64,000 nucleotides of DNA from an uncultured Eubacteriales bacterium (GCA_934630515.1 CAKTVV010000012.1:7578-71577); one strand, 5' to 3'; positions 42,949-52,859 are shown, counted from the first letter of the stretch. The notes: generated by a model not told the origin, from the letters alone. Program-made: numbers and translations.

Positions 42949-45774
42949 TCATCGGTTGGCATACTGCTTCCACTTGCGGTCGATCTCGTCGTCCGCCTCC
43001 TTGCCGAAGCGCATGAGCATATCCTTGGAGTTCTTGTTGGAATTCACCACGTTCCAATACGCCTGATAGATGGAACGGGAGACGTAGTAGCTGCCCGGAT
43101 ACTCCGGCAGCTCCTGCACATTCTGCCAGGCGTCGAGAATCGACGCCTGCTCCTCCCGGCTCCAGGAGAACTGCCGGAATGCCTCAGTGTTCGCCACCGC
43201 TACCCGGCCGGTGGGACCCAGCACCGACTCCAGATCGTTGGAATAGGACATCTGGGTGTCGGCGGAGGTCCACCACTTGAGGAATTCCCACGCCCCCGAC
43301 GGATTCGCAGAGGATTTGAGGATCACGCACCCGGTGCCGCCGCCGCTCACCGCATGGGAGACGGTGCCGTCGCTCTGCACGGTGCCGGGGATCGCCGTTA
43401 CGCCCCACAGCCCCTCGATCTCGGGGGCAGCCGCCTTGATGGTGTTAAACAGGGTATATGAGCTGATGCCCAGCGGGGTGGTGCCGGTACGGAACCGGTT
43501 ATAGAAATCCAACGTCTTGGGGAATTTCAGCTTGGTATAATAATTCGTCCACTGACCGAAGATCTCCATCGCCTCGGCGGACAGCAGATTGGTCTTTTTG
43601 CCGTCCTCCGCATACAGCGGCACGCCGTTTTGCAGCAGCAGACTGGGGAAAATATTGTTGCTGCCCACACCCAGATTCGCCTGTGCCACATCGGTGGCGG
43701 CAGTGATGGGCAGATACACCGTCATATTATTGCGCATGAGGATCTTGGCGACCAGATTCAGCTCCTCCCATGTCGTCGGCACCGACAGACCGTACTCCGC
43801 CAGAATATCCTTGCGATAGAACATCATGTAGAAATTCTGGGTGTCCGGCAGGGCATACAGTCCGCCGTTGAAGCGATAGGGGGTGTCGGCGCCGGGCATA
43901 AACCGGGTCAGCACCTCGTCGCAGTCCTCAAATTCCGACAGATTCCGCAGCACACCACGCAGCGCCAGATTCACCGGCTCCGAGCGCACCATCTGCAGGA
44001 AGCAGTCCGGTCCGTTGCCCGACAGAATCGCCTGAATGACCGTGGCGTTCGCCAGCCGCAGGTTCACCTGCACATGGCTCTGGGGCTCAAAGGAACGCTT
44101 GATGAGAGAATTCAGCACCTGCGCCTGATCCCGGCCCCACGAGACCCAAATGGTGATGGACTGTCCGTCCCCGTCGCCGCCGGCTACGGTGTTATAATCC
44201 TTGGAGAAGGACACCGCAAACCGCCGGGCGGAAAACGCCAGCTGCCGGAAAAAGCCGCTGCTTTCAAAGGGCTCCTCGGCACCCACCGGGTTGAGGGTGA
44301 TCCGATCCAGATCCAGCGGCATCTCCCGCAGCTCCTGCAGCACCGAGGACACCGAGCAATAATTGGAATAGTAGGTGTCCTTATACCGATGCGCCTCATA
44401 CCGGTGATTCAGCATCTGCTCCACCGTGTTCCGCATATTCAGGATCACCGCATACTTGGAGCCGCTCGTCTCGCCGGTCACCTGCTGCAGCGCCTCACCG
44501 GACTCCTGCAGCCGGGCGGCAATGGTCTGCAGCCGCTCCTCCATATCGGCGATCTGGGTGAACAGGTCATAATCCCGATAGATATCCACCGTCTCGCCGG
44601 TGATCTTCGTCATATCCACATAAAGGGTGCCCAGTTGGGACACCGCCTGAGTCAGCAGGGTGCGCACCTGCGCCATATCCGCCGCCGTCACCGACAGCCC
44701 GATGCGGTGCTTGCCGGCGGAGAGATACACCAGATAAGGTGTGCCGTCGTCAGCGGAGAAAAATTGCTTTTGCCAATCCTCGCCGTAGGGGAAGCCCACC
44801 TGCGCCGCCTCGGCAAAGGGGATCTCTCCGTCCACCGTCAGGGTGCGGTAGCTCTTGCCGCCGATATTGCTGCTCTGACGGAAGGAAAAGCCCAACTGGT
44901 AATAGCCTGCCGGCAGCTCCGGGGTCTCCCACACCAGCGTCTCGCCCACCGTCTTCCAGTTGCCGCCGCCGATGTAGTTGATGCGGTTGCGGTCGGCGCT
45001 CTGGGGGGTCACCGCCACCGAGGCGCCGTCGTTCTTGCCCACCAGATAATAGCTGGATTTCACCGCAGCGTCTTCGCCCTCCAGCACCACCGTGTCGCCG
45101 GTATAATACTGCGCCGTATCGGTGGGAGCGGTGTAGGCCGCCGGCGTCGCCGCCGGGGCAAACCGGAAATACTCCAGCTGAATGGCATCCTCCTGCGGCT
45201 CCAGCGCCACCGTATGGGTGCCGGCGGTCAGATACACCCGGTACTTCTCGCCGCACTGGATGGATTCGTCCACCGCCTCGTTATAGAAATACTCCGTATA
45301 CGGCACCTGCTGGGCGACAAACTCGTTGCCCAGATCGTCCGTATGCACCTCGCCGTCCTCATTCGTCCACATCCGGGGAAACTCCAGCGCCGACGCCGCC
45401 TCATAGGGGTAGGCACCGTCCACCCGCAGCCCCAGAGTGACGCCGGACATCTGCCGCTGAGGTGCTCGGTAGGACAGCCCGACGTAGTAATAGGCGCTCT
45501 CCGGCACCGCCAGCGGGAAAGAGATCGCCTCTTTCTCCAGCACGGCTCCCTCCAGCGCATACACCGCCTCGGCGGTCGCCGCCGGGGTATCGCCGTGGGC
45601 GGCGACATAAGCGGCATAGTCGGCGTCGCCGGCAGCCGTCGTCGCCGGTGCCGTGCTGCTCTGCGCCGTTTCCTCCGCCGCAGCCGCCGGCACCCCCCAG
45701 GGAGCGAGCCCCACCAGCAGCGCCAGCGCTCCCAACAGCGCCACGCTGCGTACGACTTGTTTACTCACTTTCAT
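42949..45774 (-). CDS. 941-aa extracellular solute-binding protein with an N-terminal jelly-roll/CBM-like extension
   Basis: AGGAGG RBS and a signal peptide ending AAAAEE. The N-terminal ~480 aa has two similar beta-rich modules (YYYVGLSYR..., YYQLGFSFRQ...). The C-terminal half is SBP family-1-like (ITIWVSWGRDQAQVL..., LPDTQNFYMMFYRKD). Confidence 0.8.
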   Translation of the reverse strand: MKVSKQVVRSVALLGALALLVGLAPWGVPAAAAEETAQSSTAPATTAAGDADYAAYVAAHGDTPAATAEAVYALEGAVLEKEAISFPLAVPESAYYYVGLSYRAPQRQMSGVTLGLRVDGAYPYEAASALEFPRMWTNEDGEVHTDDLGNEFVAQQVPYTEYFYNEAVDESIQCGEKYRVYLTAGTHTVALEPQEDAIQLEYFRFAPAATPAAYTAPTDTAQYYTGDTVVLEGEDAAVKSSYYLVGKNDGASVAVTPQSADRNRINYIGGGNWKTVGETLVWETPELPAGYYQLGFSFRQSSNIGGKSYRTLTVDGEIPFAEAAQVGFPYGEDWQKQFFSADDGTPYLVYLSAGKHRIGLSVTAADMAQVRTLLTQAVSQLGTLYVDMTKITGETVDIYRDYDLFTQIADMEERLQTIAARLQESGEALQQVTGETSGSKYAVILNMRNTVEQMLNHRYEAHRYKDTYYSNYCSVSSVLQELREMPLDLDRITLNPVGAEEPFESSGFFRQLAFSARRFAVSFSKDYNTVAGGDGDGQSITIWVSWGRDQAQVLNSLIKRSFEPQSHVQVNLRLANATVIQAILSGNGPDCFLQMVRSEPVNLALRGVLRNLSEFEDCDEVLTRFMPGADTPYRFNGGLYALPDTQNFYMMFYRKDILAEYGLSVPTTWEELNLVAKILMRNNMTVYLPITAATDVAQANLGVGSNNIFPSLLLQNGVPLYAEDGKKTNLLSAEAMEIFGQWTNYYTKLKFPKTLDFYNRFRTGTTPLGISSYTLFNTIKAAAPEIEGLWGVTAIPGTVQSDGTVSHAVSGGGTGCVILKSSANPSGAWEFLKWWTSADTQMSYSNDLESVLGPTGRVAVANTEAFRQFSWSREEQASILDAWQNVQELPEYPGSYYVSRSIYQAYWNVVNSNKNSKDMLMRFGKEADDEIDRKWKQYANR

Positions 45775-45807
45775 TCCGTCCTCCTGAAACCGTCGAGACC
45801 GGCTCGG

Positions 45808-47163
45808 TCAGCCCAGCCATTTCACCAGCCGGGGATGGGCGTCAAAGGTGGCGATCGCCTGCTCCAGCGCCTCCGCCCCGGTGGGGCGGAAGCTCAGCCC
45901 CTTGACGATCTCCACATAGTCATGGATACCGGAGGGCGTTTTCTGATAATAGGTGTTATCGGTCACCGTCAGCCCTGCCTGCTCCTTGGGAGATTTGGTG
46001 TAGATCAGGGCGCAGTCGGCGCAATCCAGCACATTTTCCGTGATCACGAAATCGTGCAGATCCTCATAGAGATTGTACCAGCCCAGCAGCGACCCCTGAT
46101 TTTCCTTCTTGCACCGCTGGAGACCGCCCCAGCCGTATCCGGCGAACCGGATCAGATTTCCCTTGTAGAGAATGTGGTCGATATGGGGCGGCCGCTTATC
46201 CGTCGCCCGTCCTGCCCAGAACTCGATGTTCATGCAGCAGTATTCGATGAGGTTATCCGCAAAGCAGATATGCTCGAACCGGGCGCCCTCCTCACCGAAG
46301 CCCTGAAAGGTTAGGGCGGCGTCAAACTGCTGATAAATCCAGCAGTTTTTCACGGTGATATGGCTGCCGAAGTACCACACCTGAAAGGCGTTGCCGTACC
46401 GGGAGGGGACATTCCGCCGCTCATCAAAACCGCAGAGCTTGCCGCCGCACCAGCCTACCACGCAGCCCCGTACCTCCACCCGGTCGATCTCGCCCAGATG
46501 GAACGGACCAAAGGTGAAATACTGAAAATGCAGGTTCTCCGCCTGAAAATCCTCTATGTAGCTGCCCCGGAACGCCACATCCGTGGTGCTGATCTCGATA
46601 TTATCGAAGTATTCTCCCGGATTGCCGCCGGTGAAGTAGAGGTAAAAGACCCCCTCCTCTGCGGTATGGTAAAAATCGCCGTCCCGCTCCAGCTCCGCCC
46701 GGGTGTAGCGCCAGCGCCCCAGCAGCGTATCGTGATTAAAGGTGGCGATGCCCGCCCGGGTATGCTGCAGAGGGGTGCACCAGACGGCGGGATCCTCCGT
46801 CTGGTGCCAGATGGCGGGATCGGCATAATCCCGGAGGGAGCCATAGATACGGGGCTTGTCGCCGGTGCCGTAGGCGCCGAAGTATACGCCGCTGTGCGCC
46901 ATATGCTTCTGCGCCGAGCGGAACACCGAGCCCCGCTCAAACAGCACCGCATCCCCCGCCTCCAGCGGCAGGGCCTCCAGCCCCTCAAAGCTCCGCCGGG
47001 GGCGCTCCGGGGACAGCCCGTCGTTGGCGTCGTCCCCCCGCTGCGATACATAGTAGGTGCTCCTGCGGGCGCTCACCGTATCCGGCGCCTCCAGGATCTG
47101 CTTTTTCCGTGCCTGAGCAGCGGCGTCTGCGCCGCCGGTCTGCCCCTTCACCTGTTCCATCAT
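45808..47163 (-). CDS. right-handed parallel beta-helix protein without a signal peptide
   Basis: STYYVSQRGDDANDGLSPERP, GDAVLFERGSVFR and FGAYGTGDKPRIYGS, plus repeated N..I.N-type turns. The N-terminus MMEQVKGQTGGADAAAQARKK is hydrophilic. Confidence 0.8.
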   Translation of the reverse strand: MMEQVKGQTGGADAAAQARKKQILEAPDTVSARRSTYYVSQRGDDANDGLSPERPRRSFEGLEALPLEAGDAVLFERGSVFRSAQKHMAHSGVYFGAYGTGDKPRIYGSLRDYADPAIWHQTEDPAVWCTPLQHTRAGIATFNHDTLLGRWRYTRAELERDGDFYHTAEEGVFYLYFTGGNPGEYFDNIEISTTDVAFRGSYIEDFQAENLHFQYFTFGPFHLGEIDRVEVRGCVVGWCGGKLCGFDERRNVPSRYGNAFQVWYFGSHITVKNCWIYQQFDAALTFQGFGEEGARFEHICFADNLIEYCCMNIEFWAGRATDKRPPHIDHILYKGNLIRFAGYGWGGLQRCKKENQGSLLGWYNLYEDLHDFVITENVLDCADCALIYTKSPKEQAGLTVTDNTYYQKTPSGIHDYVEIVKGLSFRPTGAEALEQAIATFDAHPRLVKWLG

Positions 47164-47177
47164 AATTCAAACTCCCA

Positions 47178-48857
47178 TTAGTTTTCGTGCCACTCCAGCG
47201 TCGCCTGTGCATCAAACCGCTGCATCACGGCGACAAAATCCGCCGCCGTCGTCACGGAATATGAGTTGGGATCGCTGTCATTCAGTTTATAGCCCCGGTA
47301 GATCTCGGCATCCTGCCGATACCGGGCGTTCACATAGATCTTGGTGCCGGAAACCGACAGGCGGCTGCCGATGTCGGCGGCGGTGATCTGCCAGTTGATG
47401 ATCATGCGGCCGGGGCAGTCGATGATATTGTTCTGCACCCGCAGCCCATCCACGGTCATCGTCTTGGTGTTGCCCACAAAGCTGCCGTCGATGCCCCGGG
47501 GGCCGCCGTCATTGATGCGGGTGCCCCATCCCAGCGAGGTGAACCGCATAATGTTGTTCGCCATGGTAAAATTCCGCACCGTGGAGCCCTTGTCCCAATA
47601 CTCGAAGTCGGCGTTGTTGTACTCCAGCAGGTTGTCGTTGAAGGTGATATTCTCATAGCTGAAGTCCGCCCCGCCGTAGCCCTGCCACGAGATGGCGGTG
47701 TCAAACACCTGATAGATCCAGTTGTGATTGCAGACGATGTTTTTCGCCCCCGTCCAGAACTGGATGCCGTTGCCGTAGCGGGAATTGCCGTCGGTGGTGG
47801 TGGCGCCGCCGATGTAGCCGATCTCACAATTGGTGATGGATACATTGTAGGCGTTCCAGGTGCAGCTGACCCCCATGATGCCGCCGTATTTCAGGCAGAG
47901 GTTGTCGATCACCACATTGCCCACGCCGCTGGGTACGCCGATGATGCCCATACGCAGGGCGATCTCGATATCCGCATACACCTTGGCGGGGTTGCCCTTA
48001 TCGCAATAGAGATACAGGGTGTTGGTGGATTTATCCTGGAAGAAATCCGTATTCTTTTCCAGACTGCGCAGCCCGGTCTTGCGGTAGCCCACCGCCTGCC
48101 CATGATCGAAGATCATGCTGCCGCAATCGGCGTAGATATAGTCCATCTGCCACACATTTCTCTTGACAGAGGGCGTCCAGACGGCGTTCGCCAGATTCGC
48201 CGGCGAACCATAGAATTTCGGCTTTTCGCCGGTGCCGTAGGAGCCGTAGGTGACCCCCTTCACCGTCAGGAAGGTGGTATACAGCCGGAACACCGAGCCC
48301 CGCTCAAACAGCACGGCGTCTCCCTCGCTCAGGGGCAGACCCCGCACCGCCTCAATGGTCTGGAGGGGAGCCGAGGGCGAGGTGCCGGCGTTGGCGTCGT
48401 CTCCCTTTTCAGAGGAGACGTAGTATTTCTTCCCGGTGATGGTGTAGTAATTCTCCGTGTTGCCGGTGCCCACGATGGCGCTGCGCAGCGCCTCCGCCTG
48501 AGCGTCGGCATAGCCCTTCAGCGGGTTGCTGAGGCTCGCCGTATTCCCGGTGGGAAGCACCTCCTTCACCGTGCCGGAGGTATTGCTCACCGTCTCGTCA
48601 AAGGTGAACTGCCCCGACGCCACCGCATCCACCGACGGGCCGTCGGAGGAGGGATCGGAAGCGTCATCGGGGGTCGGGCTGCTGTTGTCCGACACATTCC
48701 CCGAGGACGGGGTGTCGCTATTCGATGGAGTGACCGAGGGATCCTTCCCGCCGCCGCAGCCGGACAGCAGCACCGCCAGGATCGCCAGCAGAGCGAGGAC
48801 GACCTGTAATCGACCCGCTCCCTTTAAGGAGCGGTTGTTATTTCCAGCTTTCTTCAT
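47178..48857 (-). CDS. right-handed parallel beta-helix lipoprotein
   Basis: Lipobox LLSGC after a hydrophobic signal, then a Ser/Pro/Asp-rich linker. KYYVSSEKGDDANAGTSPSAP, GDAVLFERGSVFR and YGSYGTGEKPKFYGS mark it as a paralog of 45808..47163. Confidence 0.85.
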   Translation of the reverse strand: MKKAGNNNRSLKGAGRLQVVLALLAILAVLLSGCGGGKDPSVTPSNSDTPSSGNVSDNSSPTPDDASDPSSDGPSVDAVASGQFTFDETVSNTSGTVKEVLPTGNTASLSNPLKGYADAQAEALRSAIVGTGNTENYYTITGKKYYVSSEKGDDANAGTSPSAPLQTIEAVRGLPLSEGDAVLFERGSVFRLYTTFLTVKGVTYGSYGTGEKPKFYGSPANLANAVWTPSVKRNVWQMDYIYADCGSMIFDHGQAVGYRKTGLRSLEKNTDFFQDKSTNTLYLYCDKGNPAKVYADIEIALRMGIIGVPSGVGNVVIDNLCLKYGGIMGVSCTWNAYNVSITNCEIGYIGGATTTDGNSRYGNGIQFWTGAKNIVCNHNWIYQVFDTAISWQGYGGADFSYENITFNDNLLEYNNADFEYWDKGSTVRNFTMANNIMRFTSLGWGTRINDGGPRGIDGSFVGNTKTMTVDGLRVQNNIIDCPGRMIINWQITAADIGSRLSVSGTKIYVNARYRQDAEIYRGYKLNDSDPNSYSVTTAADFVAVMQRFDAQATLEWHEN

Positions 48858-48869
48858 CGTACATCTCCC

Positions 48870-50297
48870 TTATTTTTGCAGCTGCTTCACCAGATTGTTG
48901 AAGTTGCGTACACGGGTATCGATCATACCGGCGTTGCTGTCCAGAAAGCTCTTGATCTGGCTGCCCTGCAGGGACAGCAGACCCTGCTTGCCGTCGCCGA
49001 AGGTATCCTCGGCGCTCTCATAGTTGGTGGACCAGATGGTGTTCGTCTGGCTCATGCACCAGTTGTATACCTCCAGATTCTGCTTGTTGCAGAAGAAGGA
49101 ATCCAGATCGTAGTGGCTGCCGTCCAGGAAATACCGCAGGAAATACGGCACCGCCTTGGCGTTCTTGGCGCCCTTTACCAGCGCATACGCCTCATACTCG
49201 TCCCGACCCTGATAATAGGTGCTCTGACCATCCACCGACGGCATGGGAACCGCATAGAGGGTGCCGGCGGACTTCAGATTGCCGAAATAGGAGTTGTTGC
49301 GCCGCAGATACACCGACGCACCGGCGTAGAACAGGCTCTCCGAGGCGTCGAACACCTCCGCACGTCCCCAGCCCAGCAGCTTATCCTTGTTGTACCAGTC
49401 GGCGATCTGCTGGGTCGCCGTGACGAAGGCGCTGTTGGACAGATTGCTGTAATACTGATTGCCGTCATAGCCCACGGGGCCGGCGATGCCGTACAGCTCG
49501 CTCCAGCCCTCCCAATAGGCGCCGGTGCAGCCGAAATTGGCGTTGGAGACCTTTTTATACTCCTTGCACATGCTGATGAACTTGCTCATGGTCCACTTGC
49601 CGTTCTTCCACAGCGTATAGGGATCCTCAAAGTCGTATTTGCTGATGAGGTCCTTGTTGTAGAACATCATATTCACCGAGCCGATGTGGGTGCCCTTGAG
49701 GCTGGTGGCATAGGTGACGCCGTTGACCGTATAATCCTTCATAAGCGTCTGATCCCACGCCGCATCGGTGAAGTCGTAGCCCGCCGCCGAAAGAGGCTGG
49801 AAGGACTGCATCCACGCCGGGTTGGGGGTGCGGGTACGGGCGACATCCGGTGCATTGCCGGAGGCGACCATGGACGCCAGACGGGTGGTGTAGATGCCAT
49901 ACTGGATGGTCTGCCAATCCACCTTGATACCGGTCTGCTTCTGGAATTCCTTGATCGCCGCCGAAGCGCCGGTGTATTCGGACATCGGATTCCAGTTGGC
50001 GATGGTGACGGTGGTGCCCCGCAGCTCCTTGGGCATGGAGGACAGCACCTGACTCCAGCTCTTGCCGTTGACGGTGTTTTCCGCCCGCACCGAGCTGGTG
50101 GGCGCCGCCGAGCCGGAATCGGAGGAGGAGGACGTCGAGTCGGAGTCGGTGCTCTGAGACACCCGGCTCTCCTCATCGGCAAAGAAATCGTCGTTTACCC
50201 CGGACTGGGGGTCCTGCTTGTCGCCGCAGCCGGCCATCGTCGCTGTCATGACGATCACCAGAAGGATCGCTGTCATCGCTCGCAGAAGATTTTTCAT
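48870..50297 (-). CDS. ABC transporter substrate-binding lipoprotein (sugar, family 1)
   Basis: The signal MKNLLRAMTAILLVIVMTATMAGC contains the lipobox. A Ser/Asp-rich linker is followed by an SBP_bac_1-like body (VTIANWNP..., MFYNKDLISKYD). Confidence 0.85.
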   Translation of the reverse strand: MKNLLRAMTAILLVIVMTATMAGCGDKQDPQSGVNDDFFADEESRVSQSTDSDSTSSSSDSGSAAPTSSVRAENTVNGKSWSQVLSSMPKELRGTTVTIANWNPMSEYTGASAAIKEFQKQTGIKVDWQTIQYGIYTTRLASMVASGNAPDVARTRTPNPAWMQSFQPLSAAGYDFTDAAWDQTLMKDYTVNGVTYATSLKGTHIGSVNMMFYNKDLISKYDFEDPYTLWKNGKWTMSKFISMCKEYKKVSNANFGCTGAYWEGWSELYGIAGPVGYDGNQYYSNLSNSAFVTATQQIADWYNKDKLLGWGRAEVFDASESLFYAGASVYLRRNNSYFGNLKSAGTLYAVPMPSVDGQSTYYQGRDEYEAYALVKGAKNAKAVPYFLRYFLDGSHYDLDSFFCNKQNLEVYNWCMSQTNTIWSTNYESAEDTFGDGKQGLLSLQGSQIKSFLDSNAGMIDTRVRNFNNLVKQLQK

Positions 50298-50332
50298 GGT
50301 ACTCATCCTTTCATAAAACATAGATCCAATCG

Positions 50333-51322
50333 TCAACCGACGATACCGCTTGTAGCAATGCTGGCCATAAACTTCCGCTGAATGCAGATATAAAACACGA
50401 TCAGCGGGAGAATGAACAGCAGGCACCCCGACAGCAGGATCGGCACCAGCATGGTGGTGCTGGTCTGCAGATCCGTCTGGAGGGTAGCCGCAATGGTCTG
50501 GGCACCGAAATTGTTGATGGCGGTGGCGAAGGTGTATTTATCCAGATACATCTGCGCCAGATACACGTCGTTCCAGTGCCAGATCACCGAGAACAGCAGC
50601 ACCGTGATGATGGCTGCCCCCGAGGAGGGGATGACGATCCGCAGAAAGGTCTTCCACGCCCCGGCGCCGTCGATGGCTGCCGCCTCCTCCAGCTCCTTGG
50701 GCAAGCCCTTGAAGAACTGGGTGAATATGTAGATGAACAGTGCCCCCTTCAAGCCTACGCCGAACAGCGAGGGCAGATAAAACACCAGCGGCGTGCCGAT
50801 CACATTGGGCCGCAGCTCGTGTCCCACCACCTTGGACAGCAGCCCCAGAATCCCGAAGAAATCCAAACGGCTGAACCCGATATAGCTGGGGATGATCGTC
50901 ATCATGGTGGGCACCAGAATATTCAGCACCATCAGTGCCAGCATGATGCGCTTGCCCTTCAGATTGAACCGTGCCAGCCCGTATGCCGCCACAGCGCAGG
51001 AACAAAACTGAATGAGCGCCGCCACGATCTCGTACACCAGCGTGCGGGGCAGGGTATGCGCCACGTCGAACACCTTGAGCGCATCCACTATGTTGCCGAA
51101 ATAGACGGATTTCGGCACCCAGGTCACCGTCGCATCGTAGGCGTCGGAATAGCTCTTGACCGCATTCACCAAAATATACAAAAACGGGTAGATCAGCACA
51201 TAGCTCAACGAGAGGAAAAACAGATACCGCAGCGCCGACGCCGCCACCCGGGGCAGCGCTTTCTTCCAGCGCTCCTTATCCACGATCACAGGCGCCCGCT
51301 CCTTTCCGATTGATCTTGCCAT
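50333..51322 (-). CDS. carbohydrate ABC transporter permease (MalG-type)
   Basis: TAGGAG RBS. LVNAVKS N-terminal pattern and EAA loop LEEAAAIDGAGAWKTFLRIVIP. Confidence 0.85.
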   Translation of the reverse strand: MARSIGKERAPVIVDKERWKKALPRVAASALRYLFFLSLSYVLIYPFLYILVNAVKSYSDAYDATVTWVPKSVYFGNIVDALKVFDVAHTLPRTLVYEIVAALIQFCSCAVAAYGLARFNLKGKRIMLALMVLNILVPTMMTIIPSYIGFSRLDFFGILGLLSKVVGHELRPNVIGTPLVFYLPSLFGVGLKGALFIYIFTQFFKGLPKELEEAAAIDGAGAWKTFLRIVIPSSGAAIITVLLFSVIWHWNDVYLAQMYLDKYTFATAINNFGAQTIAATLQTDLQTSTTMLVPILLSGCLLFILPLIVFYICIQRKFMASIATSGIVG

Positions 51323-51332
51323 CTCACCGCTC

Positions 51333-52808
51333 CTATCCCATCAGTACAAAGGAAATATACAGCGCCGTATGCCGCCCGGCGGGCAGCACCTCCAGCACCA
51401 CCCGCTCGGTGGCGGCCACCGTCTCCCCGGCGGTCAGCGTACAGTCATAGCCGGTGACCGGATCGGTGTGGATATCCCAGCCGGGCAGGAACACCGTCCG
51501 CTCCCCCTGTGCCGTGAAGCCATCGGGGAGGATCCACCGCAGCGCCAGCGTATAGGGCTGATTTTCAAAATACAGCCGGGAGGAAAACTCGATATGTACA
51601 TCCACACTCCCGCCGGGGGCGATCCGGGGCGCCGACAGCGTCACCGCCGCCCGCAGCAGCGTGTGGGAAAACTCCATGGTATACGGCGCCGCTTTATCCA
51701 GCAGGGGCTGCACCGCCTGCTCCACCGCCCGGGTGAACAGCTGCGCCGCATCCGCCGGGATGTCCTCCTCGCCAAAGGTCACCGTGTAGGGGCGGTGCTT
51801 ATCGTAGCGTCCGCTGTAATACTGCAGCACGGCGGGCGCCACCCGGGCGATCCGGTCGCCCAGCTCGGTGCAGGTGGACGGGAAGCTCTTGCCCACCGTC
51901 CCCCGGGACAGGGAGATGGTGACGATCTTATCCCCGATATAGGCGCTCCAGTCCGCCGGGATCCCGGCGGTGCCATAGAGCAGCCCCATGGTCGCTCCCA
52001 CCGTGGCGGCGGTGCAGTCGGTATCGTCGCCGCAGTTGATGGCGGTAAGCATGGAGCGCTTGAAATCTCCCCCGCCGTAGAGCAGCCCCAGCACCGCATA
52101 CGCCACATTGGAGGGCGCCTCAAACCAGCCGGTGCCGATGTCGGCATTCTGCTCCTGCACGGCGTTGCGTGCCTGCGTCCACTCCTTGCCGCTGCGGTAG
52201 CACTCCTGCACCAGCCGCACGCTCTGCGCCACCCGGGAGCCGGCGGGGATCGCCGCCATTCCCACGGCGATGCACTCCTCCATCCGGCACCCGCCAAAGG
52301 CGGCGGACTGCATCGCTGCCACAAAGGCGGCAGCCACCGTCCCCTCGCCGCAGCCGTGATCCACCCGGGCGTCCTCGATGGCATACCAGGCAGCCAGCGC
52401 CGGCAGCGCCGGAGCGGCACACGCCCAGATCTCCGTGCGGATCCAGGCGCCGTTGGAATGCTTCCAGGTGCTGTGGCAATCCCCCGTCAGACCGGGACGC
52501 AAGCCCTGCATCAGATTGGCCTTGGCGACGCCGTATTCGTTCCAGTGGGGGGTGATAAAGGACAGCCACAGTTCCCCCAGCGTATCGGCGTCGATGTGCT
52601 GGGGTCCTACGTTTTCCAAAGCGTGCAGCCATACCAGCTGCAGGTCCAGATCGTCATTGGGCAGCGGCTCCCCCGGCTCCGTGGCAAAGCCCCGGACATC
52701 CAAGAGCGTGCGGCTATGCTCATAGGGGCCGCCCATGGTGCCGCCGATATTCTTACCGATCCAGCAGGCTGCCACCTTATCCCGGTAGCGGTCAAAATCC
52801 AGTTTCAT
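51333..52808 (-). CDS. ADP-ribosylglycohydrolase family protein with a ~150-aa C-terminal extension
   Basis: CWIGKNIGGTMGGPYE and NCGDDTDCTAATVGATMG metal-site motifs. GGGAGAA RBS precedes ATG 52808. Confidence 0.85.
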   Translation of the reverse strand: MKLDFDRYRDKVAACWIGKNIGGTMGGPYEHSRTLLDVRGFATEPGEPLPNDDLDLQLVWLHALENVGPQHIDADTLGELWLSFITPHWNEYGVAKANLMQGLRPGLTGDCHSTWKHSNGAWIRTEIWACAAPALPALAAWYAIEDARVDHGCGEGTVAAAFVAAMQSAAFGGCRMEECIAVGMAAIPAGSRVAQSVRLVQECYRSGKEWTQARNAVQEQNADIGTGWFEAPSNVAYAVLGLLYGGGDFKRSMLTAINCGDDTDCTAATVGATMGLLYGTAGIPADWSAYIGDKIVTISLSRGTVGKSFPSTCTELGDRIARVAPAVLQYYSGRYDKHRPYTVTFGEEDIPADAAQLFTRAVEQAVQPLLDKAAPYTMEFSHTLLRAAVTLSAPRIAPGGSVDVHIEFSSRLYFENQPYTLALRWILPDGFTAQGERTVFLPGWDIHTDPVTGYDCTLTAGETVAATERVVLEVLPAGRHTALYISFVLMG

Positions 52809-52859
52809 ACAGTTTCTCCCATTCGTCATGCAGGCACACGGTGCTCCGTCCGGTGCGGC

